NCBI GenBank assembly: GCA_051362555.1
Contig: CM120649.1
Coordinates: 2,480,001 to 2,544,000 of the forward strand
Reading direction: 5' to 3'
From: Lingula anatina
Lineage: Eukaryota > Animalia > Brachiopoda
DNA: 64,000 nt
Position 1 is the first letter of the stretch, and every line of letters starts with the position of its first letter. A program made the translations under genes and the position numbers. This document shows positions 37,890 to 49,544 of the stretch, piece after piece. The notes under the pieces are model-generated. The model was not told the DNA's origin and did no database searches. It saw only the letters and a list, made by a program, of their open reading frames with translations.

Positions 37890-40800
37890 CTAAAATTTAA
37901 GTATCAGACGTTAACCAGCCGACATCATTTTTAACACAAAAAGAGAGAAGAATTACAGCGAAACTTTGTGCATGAACATCATTTGTTGAACACATAATTA
38001 TGGATATTTCTGAAATTATAACTGATATATTGGAAGGTGATAATATTGGTTAAAAATCTATTAGTTATACGATATTATAGGAGTGGGAAAGTAAAATAAT
38101 TCATAAAGCAATTTAGTTACTTTTTTACTTTTTTGGCACTTTTACAGTTATACTGCTGTATAATAAAGTTAAAGCAATAATAACTCTTCTTTTGAGATTC
38201 AAAATTCCGCAAGAAATACATTGTACACAACGCCTGGAAATATATCCTATTGCATTTTCCCACTGAAACTGCTGTTATTGTAGTAAAACTAAAATCTGTG
38301 CTTGTCACTTGGGCTTTCGATGCCTTTCTTCGCGGTCGACAAGTGCATCCTTTGCTAATGACGTAATGGTGTCACGCGAATTCTCGCGTTCATTCGAGAC
38401 CAAAATAACATGGCGGGAACCCTCAGACGTAAGTTGCGAGTTTTTTTACAGTGCGCCGGATAATGAAAAGCCCAGAATTGCACACATTGTAGATATAAAT
38501 GCATTTTGAGCAAAAAAGACGAAGGTACCTTATGAATCTTATAATATTGATATAGAGTTGTTGTTGTCTGCTTTTCCCGCGGTTTTTAGTAGGTCACTAG
38601 AAACTATCGCTCGATACGAAAGGGCCCCGTCAGTTAAAATCTCTTAAGAGATTTTAACAAAAAACCGTACGTTTAGGAAAAAAACCCTGGATTAACTTTG
38701 AATGCAGAAATGGGGTCGCTGACCATTGGTAAGTACGGGAAAATTGTACCTGTAACGTGATTGCACGATCTCTTGTATTCTTGTAAATAAATGATTTTAA
38801 AATATCGTGAGTAATAAGAGTATTTGCCGTGAGACCAGCAGGAATATTGTAACACTAACGAAAGGGCTTGAACAATATAGTTTTACCTCCAACCGCCGCG
38901 ATATTTGCATGAAGGCGGATACAAGTCGACGTTCCCGCATCTCCTTATACACTACATGTGGGTTAGCTTTTCATCAGAAATATCATTTAAAGTCAGATGT
39001 ATTTCATCTTTGAATCTGCAATAACCACTGGAATGATTTTGAATACTAACACATTCTAGAACCGCCACGTCAGAGCACATTAAAAAATCAATTTATTCCA
39101 CGTTGTATTTTGTTTTACAGAAAAAGAAAAATAAATTGCTGACTGCCATTAAATCATACTATAAAAAAGTAGCGGGCGTGTGAATGGATATATGGACTTA
39201 CAAAATAATTTGTGATTGCGCAATTTGCGTTATTTATCTTTTTAATTTTTTCAATTCTTCCTCTCCATTCCCAGCTTTTCATCAAAAATATCATTAAAAA
39301 TCCAATGTATTTCCTCTTAAAATCTACAATATTTTTAATATCAGCGCATTCTGAGACCGTCATGTCGTCAGAATTATTATTAGACAGTTGATATATTCCA
39401 CGTTGAACTTGTCACTGAAAGGCGACAGGTACGTCATCGCGCATTTGTTCAACAGATATCCCTACTTGAGGGAGTGGCCCGGTCGGACTGGTAGAATGGT
39501 CAGTGGCAACGGCTGATTGAAATCTGTTCAAGGAATTTGACCTTCCACGACAAGTGCTAAGCTAAATAATGACAATATTCTAACAAATTTTCCTTTCGTA
39601 AAAGCAATTGAAGGGAGTTGGTCGCCGAGTTTATTCCTCAATACAGTTAGAGAGTGTGATATTGGAACGCTTTATTCGCTAGAAAGGGTACTTTACTGTG
39701 GAATAAGAATTCTTTCTTTCGGTATATGCATGTGAAACACTATACACTGCCACCCTCTGACGACATATGCCATGAACATATATCACTGAGGCTCCAGATG
39801 TTCTAGGATACATCAATCGGGTGACAGGGTATTGTCTCACACTCACCTGTATCTCACATACATAAGAAGTCGCATCCGTGGCAGTCACACATACCAGAGG
39901 TGCTGAGAACGCTACCGGACCACACCCTCTCGCTCTCTCCTTGTTACTCAGTCAGGTCAGTGAAATATTATACATAAAGTGTATAGTTTTTTAATCATAA
40001 ACAACATTACAGGTGATACACGCTGTGTTCGGCTAACTAAGATTTTATATTATCAATAATGCAATAATGGAAAAGACCGACTTTCGTGAGTAACATATAC
40101 ATGTATGATCGGGTCGAATTAATGCTACTACCAGTTCTTTCATATTGTATTGAAATTGTGGTGTCAAGCGTCGATGAAATCATGAAAATAATCTCTCTCC
40201 ATCCCCCCCCCCATCACTCCTTCTTACTCCGCTTCTTTTCCTACCTCTTTCTCTCTCTCTCTGCATTAAGTTTAATAAAAATTTACTCAATAGGGCTCCG
40301 ACGAGACTCAAAATCCGACCAATATATGCGAGATACAGATAAAAGCTATGCACCTGTGTTCTTCCAGGTTGTGTAGTACGCCATTAAGACTGCCTCCATT
40401 AGCTTCGTTTTGGTCATAGCCATTATGGCTGCCTGTGTGGAGTTTATTGGTACAGTGTACGTTTTTAGCCATTACAGGTCTGTTACGGCGCGTTGAGTAT
40501 TAATTCCCCACAGCTTTTTAACGGCGAGGAATAACAAGGTGATTACCGAGATTTCGACGAAGCAAGTTTCTACTGGTCGCGTGTGGTGTCGCACGTACGT
40601 GTCACCGGAAGTGGGCGTGCACACACGACTACCATTCAGCAAGAGTCCCCTCGGAATTGGATCGACAGAGCGATAGTTTTATTTGGAATGAGCCTTTGTT
40701 TGATAGACTCAACGCATCCTTTCATGTACACAATACGCTAAACTATCGTATAACGCACGTGTTTTACAGTCTCGTAAGAACTGATAGTGTAAAGCAGGTA

Positions 40801-43130
40801 CCCTCTACCAGGGCCACAGATTGATTTTTTATTAGATATTCACAGATATGTCTCTGGCTTATTAATATCTCACTTTTACAAATGGACATAATTCATCTAC
40901 GGTCATGGCAGAGGGTAAAATGCGGGCCCACTATCCACGCATGCAGGGTCGTCGGTCTGTTCAGTTTCTTTGCAGGTATTGTGTGTAGGGGGTTTGACGC
41001 TAGATGGCGCTCATATACTAGTACGAACAATCAAGGCCAACTCACATGATCCACAGTGATCAAAATGGCGGACGAGAATCGAATACTACTGTTGTCGCTC
41101 GAATACTACTGTTGTTAGCCATTATTGTAATTCGCTATACTAGCCTACTATAGTACAACACCTGTCAACTTTTCTCAATCTGTCAATCGCAAGCACTTTC
41201 AGTGTCAGAATTTCGCGGTACTGACTGTGACGTCGGCGCAAGGGTAGCCAAGACCATTGGCATGAGCGCCCATTATCGTCAAATCGAATTTTGGCTTCTA
41301 GTTACGTTTTCACGACTAGTCGTATTTTGCCGTCTGATCTGATAACTACGACGTCTAATCGTGTTTTCAATTTTTGGAGAAACCTCCACCCATGAGGTGG
41401 AGAGCCCAACTTCCCCGCCTGATCCCTGTGAGTACAGGTTGCAAACCACTATTAAAAATCCCATTCACTTCCATTGTAACGTTTAATTCTCTTAAAATAC
41501 TTTCCATGCTTCAACAATCGCAACACTTCTGGTTTGAACACTTCAAGTCCTAAAAACATTTTAAAAATCAGGATACATTGATGGTGTAGCCTTCCAGTGA
41601 CCTGACATGACTTTTAAGGTGCTACCGCCAGTCGGCTGAAATAAGCACTAAAATGCAGCAGAGGGGATTGTTAACCTGGCCCCAGGCAATAAAATTTCAT
41701 CTTGATATAAAAAATAACAAACCAAATTAAAGGTTAATTTCTAAATTTAATTTTAAATATTTCAAATGATCCAAAATTGAAAAATAAACTCATTTTTATC
41801 ATATATGCAAATGTCTTGCTTCAAAGTTACCAAACAGGGAAGGCCAGAAGTGACGTATCGTCTACGATTCATACCACAGCCACTGAGCACACGAGCAAAA
41901 CATCGTGCCTCGATATGAAACCAGACAACTTTGGTGTTTTTAGCCTCCAAGTTCTACATAATATCAATTTGTCTAATAAATAAGCCAATGAAGGGTTTTA
42001 TGTTTAATGATGTGTGATTATATTTATTACCATTAAAGATCCCAATTACAACCAAGAAGTATTTTGGTTTAGCGCTTTTTAGATTTTTAATAAAACATTC
42101 AATTTTTACGAGGCTATAAATCATCTCCTGTAGATTAGTGACTTTGCCTCGCTTTCGAGAAATTAAATTTGTTGATCATTTCGTGGCATCGAAAGTTAAA
42201 TGCGTTACGTCGATCCTTGTTGGGTTTTCTGACATGTAGTGCCTAAAATTAACCTTCCTACATTATTTAATGCAATTAGAAATAACATTCACCCTAGCGA
42301 TCAAGCACTGTGTCTTTATCAAGGGTGAGAGAGTGGTGGAAAATTTCCTAAGGTACACATATAACACTATTAATACAAGAGGCAAATACCAACAAAATAT
42401 TTCCAATATAATTTCTCAAAACGACACCAGGAAGCAAATTAGATTAAATCATACAAACGGTTAACACCGGCTGGCTTTGTCAATTTCACCCACTTTTTTT
42501 ATTGCAAACAAAACACTTTTGCGCATGCGCAGTCGTTTGAATCCTGTGCTTAGCTACCGTGCAGACGTGTACGGTACCAGAGACGAACAAAAACAAAATA
42601 GAGACACAATACACAGTGATCTACAATCTCACTCCGTAAGTAGTGAATACTTTAATAGCATATTAATATTTACAGTTGACACCATACGGTGTTTTAAGTA
42701 TAATATGGGCATATAATAAATAAAGCAATAGTGAAAAGACATCTTGTTGCGTCACAAATATGTAATCGAGTCGACCTACTTTATGCATTGTACAGTACAT
42801 TGAAAGTATGTCGCAGAGCTTCGACGGAAACATGTGAAACTCAAGGACACTGGGTCATTTTAGATTTCTATTAATGTGTTTACACTACAGTTTTTTTAAG
42901 CAGTATAGTAAGAGCCTTACGAAAGACGTGCCATAGGGAATTTCATATACGCCCTCAGCAAGTAGAACTGAGACAAGGAAGGTGGTTAAGGGTTAGTGTA
43001 TCAACACGGGTCAATATTCCAGATTGTTGATTAGTGAGTCATCCTCGGGGACAATTAAAGGTTTTTTATCGATGCATTTGCAGTGACACCTAAATAAATA
43101 ACAGGTCTTTCCATGGTCTGTTTTCCTGTA
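37890..43130 (+). repeat. Recent segmental duplicate of 29435-~35270
   Basis: Near-identical sequence downstream of TRIM copies 4 and 5, differing mainly by the 30928-31530 element. Confidence 0.85.
40383..40567 (+). pseudogene. Internally deleted SH3BGR-like copy with start codon lost
   Basis: Near-identical to 32539-32720, but ATG->ATT and TAC->TAA. Confidence 0.75.
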
Positions 43131-43157
43131 ACATTCCTCACCCCTATCTCCCCTTCC

Positions 43158-43204
<47 letters not shown>

Positions 43205-43328
43205 TTCTGTATTAAATTTAATAAGAATATACTCAAAAGGGCTCCGACGAGACTCAACATCCGACCATTGTACGCGAGATACCGATAAAAGCTATGCTCC
43301 CTGTCTTTCCAGGTTGCTGTAGTACGCC

Positions 43329-44099
43329 ATGAAGACTGCCTCCGTTAGCTACGTTTTGGTCATAGCCATTATGGCTGCCTGTGTGGAGTTTATTGGTGAG
43401 TTCCAAGCCATCACCTGCATCTGTCGGCGCCGTCGTCGTGCACTCTTAGAGATACATGTAGCACGTTTGATAAGAGCAAATTAAATGATAAGATGTTTGC
43501 CATATGCTAAATTTACGTTGTCCACGTTGTGTGCTGGTCGACAGAAATCGTTGTACATTGATGCAAACCAAGTCAGGGAGAGGGTTGACCATACTTTCAC
43601 AAGATGAGTTTAAAGAAAAAAATATTTCAATTGAATGGATTCGGCGACAGACACAAACAAGCGACAAAGGGCAACGAGCACACATTTACCTTAATAATTT
43701 TCTACTTTTATTAAATTTCTTTCATTCATTTATCCAATATATGTTGACATGTTTTAGGCTACGTGTTCCAGATTCCTTTTCGTATTCATTTTCCTCTTTA
43801 CAGAGTGCGATCGTCTGCCCACAAATGGGATCCGTGTGTACATCAGCAGCGTGTCAAGCAACCTGGAACTCAAGAAACAACAACAGAGGATACAGATGGT
43901 TCTCAGCGGGGAGAACATCGACGCACAGTACATCGATATCTCCTCAAACGCCGCCGCTAAGGAATTCATGAGGGAAAAAGCAGGACCGTTTACTGTTCCT
44001 CCACAGCTTTTTAACGGCGAGGAATACCTTGGTGATTACCAAGCTTTTGAGGAAGCAGTTGAAGACAGACGTCTTATGGAATTCCTAAAGTTGAACTGA
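43329..44099 (+). CDS. SH3BGR-like (thioredoxin/glutaredoxin-fold) protein with predicted signal peptide; join(43329..43395,43804..44099), 120 aa
   Basis: Exon A: GCC-ATG, MKTASVSYVLVIAIMAACVEFI, donor G|GTGAGT. Intron 43396-43803 ends TTTTCCTCTTTACAG. The phase-1 join gives ECDRLPTNGIRVYISSVSSNLELKKQQQ..YIDIS..KEFMR..PPQLFNGEEYLGDYQAFEEAVE..LMEFLKLN, with typical SH3BGR motifs. Confidence 0.85.
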
Positions 44100-45816
44100 T
44101 TTATCTCATGGTTAAAATAAAGTTTTGAGACACTGTCAAGACATCAAGGCACGCGAATTCACATGTATAATGTAGTTGAACTGTCATTTTGACAAAAACC
44201 TAACAAGATATATAAAAAAACAGAAATGTCTGAAGCGGAACGAGCTGAGAGGATTGTATAATAGGGGTATATACCGGTCCATAATGAATAGTAAAATGAA
44301 TAATAGAATAAATAGAGCCTTAGTACAAATTATAACTTGCCATGATATGTGTTTACTGTGCTGATAATTGTTTAAGGAAAATGATATTCAATATGTTGCA
44401 CTCTTTCAAGAGAAGCATTTATTATTTTGCAATCTAGGCTTAAATTCTTTATGCACCTTGCATTTGAATACAAATTTCCACATATAATGACGCGCATGCG
44501 CGGTTAACCTATTTCTACTGGTCGCGTGTGGTGTCTACCATTCAGCGAGAGTGCCCTCGGATTTGGATCGATAGAGCGATAGTTTTATTTGGAATGAGCC
44601 CTTGTTTGATAGATTCAGCACGTTCCCTCATGTACAAAATACGCAGTTTTATCGTTTATTGCACGTGTTTCACGGTACCATAAGCACTGATAGTGAAAAG
44701 CGGACACGCCATGCACACAGCCGATAACGTTAATGGCCTATCCAGTTTTTAGCAGGTATTGTGTTATGGGAGATGATCCACGCTCACCTAACGCATTCTG
44801 ACCACTGAACTCCCTGTAAAATCGCTCTGAGATCAGTGTATCATCTGCGGGTCAACTACTGGTCCATATTTGAGGGGGCGGAGAGATACACATTTTGTCA
44901 AAAAAAGAAAAGAAAAGAAAGACAAACACCATTCCATTTTGTTTTAAAAAGGCACAATGAATGCGCTAATGAAGCAAAATATTCGTTATTCAAACGAAAA
45001 AATAATGGCATTCGATTTTCATTTTTTTTTTTAATCCTTAAAAATGGTTTCCTCATCCTCTCATACACCGTCCAGCATGTTGACTGAGCACTTCTAGTTA
45101 ATGTATCTCTGTAAAGCACCATTGTTTTGGGCTAAAACAATTTGACGCCTTATCTTAGGATAACACAGACTGCAGCCAATAGAGGGCGGTAACATCTCAT
45201 GCCGCGTTTGGACCGGGTTTAAATATCAAAATAATAATGGTAATTATATTTTTTTTAAAGAGTTAAATGTCCAAAATAGTAAAATTACATAACAAGTAAG
45301 ATAAAAAGTTATACACGAAAATGAAAAACAGTTTTGCTTAAATTTGGGTAGAACATGTAGGCCTTGAATTGTTGGCAACCCGCTCGATCTATTATCTATC
45401 AAAATACATCTATTTCCTCTGTCAAGCCTGCAAAATGCAGAAACAGGGTGACTGGATATATTGTGGAAAAACATACCACCACCTCCTCTAGCCCAGGCAA
45501 TCCATTTCCAAATGACACCACCCAAAACATCCACCTCCGGAAGCAAAAACTTAAACGCACTTACCAAAAACCAAGTCGAACGTGACCCGTGACTCTTCAT
45601 ATAATCACGACAGCCGCGCTCGTTATCGCCACATCCAGGCGTCGACGCTGTGTGACTGATCTTCCAGCCGAGTACTGTGGGACGCACGTTACTCTCTCTC
45701 CCACACACACACACACACACACACACGCGTATTCCTGACGCGCCCATTGACTGCAGAGAGATAAGACAGTCGCGTCCTAAGCAGTCACGCCCACTACACA
45801 CGACACAGGCTGTTAT

Positions 45817-46499
45817 GCCCCTATTTCACACAGACCACGAATCCCACGAATGGCCATGAATTGACAAATTTCACGATTTGTGGTTGAATCGTAATCAGTT
45901 CGTGAATTTCTTAACAGATTCGTATATATTCGTAGTCAGTTCTTGCACTTCTTGAACCACAGGAATGGGTGGCAAAAACTTTGATGCCCCTATTTCACAC
46001 AGACCACGAATCCCACGAATCGCCAGGAATTGAAAATTTGGTTGAATCGTAATCAGTTCGTGAAGTTCTTAACAGATTCGTATATAATCGTAGTAAGTTC
46101 TTGCAATTCTTGATCAATCGGGAATTCGTGGCAAAAATTTTGAGCAGTTCATAGTTTTGGCCGCGAACTCCCGATTCCAAAAAATCCTAGTGAATTTCTG
46201 GACAATATTCGTGCGATTCCAGCCGAATCCCACGAATATACGTAACACTATCGCACCTGTATCGTACAATGTAACTGAATCGTAGAGTGTGTCGAATTAG
46301 ACCAGAAAATTGGCAAAATCTCACGATTCCAGCCGAATCCCACGAATATTCGTAACACTATCGTACCTGTATCGTAAGTGAATCGTGAGCGTGTCGAATA
46401 AGACCAGAAAATTGGCAAAATTCTACGAATCCTCACGAATCCTAAAATTTGTCAATTCCTGGCGATTCGTGGGAGTGGGTCTGTGTGAAATAGGGGCCT
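45817..46499. mobile_element. Non-autonomous TIR element (PIF/Harbinger-like termini) with internal duplications
   Basis: GCCCCTATTTCACACAGACC..GGTCTGTGTGAAATAGGGGC; left end repeated at ~45986; internal ~108-bp direct repeat at 46214/46324; TTA on both flanks. Confidence 0.8.
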
Positions 46500-48523
46500 T
46501 ACTCATACAACTGATAACAAGCAGAGAACGATACAAGGACTGCACTCTCTCGCTCTCCGTCTCCTTCTTCCTTAGTCAGGCAAGTGGTTTGATATAAACA
46601 CCCACGTATATATTTTATCAATCATTAATAGTGTTGTGATAGTGCATTTTCCTTCCTTTACCCGGTGTACTCTTCCTGCGCGGAGAGCACGCAATTATGG
46701 TAAGTACTGCGCACACCAGGTGGACAGCCCAACTTCCCGGCCTGATCCCGGCGAGTACAGGTTACAAACTACTATAAAAATCCCATCCACTTCCATTACG
46801 TTTAATTTTCTTAAATACTTTCCATGCTTCAACAATACTTCTGGTTTAAACACTTTTTCTCAAGGCTTAAAAATAATTTTAAAAAATCAGGGTACATTGA
46901 TGATGTAGCCTTCCATGACATGACGTGACATGACATGATCTATAAGGTGCTGCCGTCAGTCGGCTGAAATAAACACTAAAACGCAGCAGGGGGGAGGCCA
47001 CGTAAATCTAGCCCCAGGCAGTAAAATTTCAACATGATATAAAAAAATAATTAACACGGCAAATTAAAGGTACATGAACAAATTAATTTCTAAATTTAGA
47101 AATGTATTTAGAAAAATTTCAAATGATCCAAAATTGAAAAATAAACTCGTTTTTCTCTTATGTGCAAATGTCTTGCTTCAAAGTTACCAAACAAGGAAGG
47201 CCGGAAGTGACGTATAACCTACAACTCATACCACAGCCACTGAGCACACGAACAAAAAATCGTGCCTCGATTTAAACAAGACAACTTTGGTGTTTTTAGC
47301 CTCCAAGTTCTACATAATATCAATTTGTCTAATAAATAAGACGATGTAGGGTTTTATGTTTAATGATGTGTGATTAAATTTATTATCATTTAAGATCCCA
47401 ATTACAACCAAGAAGTATTTTGGTTTAGCGCTTTTTAGATTTTTAATAAAACATTTAATTTTTACGAGACTATAAATCATCTCCTGTAGATTAGTGACTT
47501 TGCCTCGCTTTCGAGAAATTAAATTTGTTGATCATTTCGTGGCATCGGAAGTTAAATGCGTTACGTCGATCCTTGTTGGGTTTTCTGACATGTAGTACCT
47601 AAAATTAACCTTCCTACATTATTTAATGCAATAAGAAATAACATTCACACTAGCGATCAAGCACTGTGTCTTTATCAAGGGTGAGAGAGTGGTGGAAAAT
47701 TTCCGAAGGTACACATATAACACTATTAATACAAGAGGCAAATACCAACAAAATATTTCCAATATAATTTCTCAAAACGACACCAGGAAGCAAATTAGAT
47801 TAAATCATACAAACGGTTTACACCGGCTGGCTTTGTCAATTTCACCCAGTTTTTTATTGCAAACAAAACACTTTTGCGCATGCGCAGTCGTTTGAATCCT
47901 GTGCTTAGCTACCGTGCAGACGTGTGCGGTACCAGAGACGAACAAAAACAAAATAGAGACACAATACACAGTGATCTACAATCTCACTCCGTAAGTAGTG
48001 AATACCCTAATAGCATATTAATATTTACAGTTGACACCATACGGTGTTTTAAGTATAATATGGGCATATAATAAATAAAGCAATCGTGAAAAGACATCTT
48101 GGTGCGTAAGAAATATAAACGAGTCGACCTACAGGTACTTTATGCACTGTACTGTACATTGAAAGTGTGTCACAGAGCTTCGACGGAAGAAACTCAAGGT
48201 CACTGGGTCATTTTAGATTTCTATTAATGTGTTTACAGTAGAGTTTGTTAAGCAGTATAGTAGGGGCCTTACGATATGGGCATGTCATAGGGGATTTCAT
48301 ATACGCCCTCAGCAAGTAGAATTGAGACAAGGAATTGGTTTAGGGTTAGTGTATCAAAAAGGGTCAATATTTCAGATTCTGGATTAGTGAGTCATCCACT
48401 GGGACTATTTAGGGGTTTTATACTAATGTATTTTCAGTGCAACCTAGATAAATAACAGGTCGATGCATGGTCTGCCTCCCTCTATCTCAACTCACGCCTG
48501 TCTCTCGTTTCCTCCGTCTCTCC

Positions 48524-48562
<39 letters not shown>

Positions 48563-49334
48563 ATATAAAACACGGAAGCTTTGCTGTATCCATACTGTAG
48601 CAAATGTCAAAACAAAATTTCCGGTGGATGAGTAAACATTTATTTACACTCGTCTAGAAACAATTAATATGGTGACGGAGATCTGAAATATGATTGAAAC
48701 AAATGAAAGTAAAAGAATAAACAAAATATAAATTTCAACTCAATAAAATTATCACAATGAAAAAATTACAATACAATACATACATTAAATAACTAAAAAT
48801 ACGTACATAACAATGCTGCCTCCACTCTTTCGCGTACAGTTGACGTTTTATTTGTGACGTTTTGTTACCAACAGAACACCAATCATCAAACAAATGAGGG
48901 CGCCACTCACACCAAGACAAGACAACAAAAAGTTAACAACACAAACAACAAAAACAAACAAAGCAAATAAACAAACAAAAAATACAAAAAAAAAAAATAA
49001 AAAATAAAAAAAAGACCGACGACACATACCACATGGGGCTTACAAACATCTACTTGTTTTATCGTGGTGATATTGGACTGTACAGCACCAGGATGATTCA
49101 CAGATAATGTGACTTGCTCTACGTGCCCCTGTCTTCCTCGTAACCACAATGTTAAAATACGACCTGTCATATAAACATTGGCCGACACTGCCGCGTTTGG
49201 ACCTATGATCACGAGTATAAGATTAATTCGATGGCGTTTATCTCTCAAGTCAGTCAGATAAGATAAGATAAGATAAGAATTTAATCAGCCATTTATAAAA
49301 ATTGGAAATCATTTTTCTTTTTCTTTGAAATCAT

Positions 49335-49374
49335 TTTTTGTTCTTTACAGATTGCGAATGGGAATCTAAGTGTA
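49335..49374 (+). pseudogene. Stub of the SH3BGR-like exon-2 5' end abutting the TRIM copy 6 promoter
   Basis: TTTACAG|ATTGCGAATGGGAATCTAAGTGTA, a further-deleted version of the 35841 stub. Confidence 0.55.
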
Positions 49375-49544
49375 AAGAAAACCATCCCCTTGTCAAATGA
49401 TGTGGTCTGATGTTCGTGTATATAACCCAGAAGCAGTGTTACACAGTTCAGTCTCAGACAGCAAATGTCATGAGAACTAGACATCATGAACTGACGAGAC
49501 GTATTCCTTTTGGCTGTGTGTAAACCTAATTCATCTTAGTCGCC

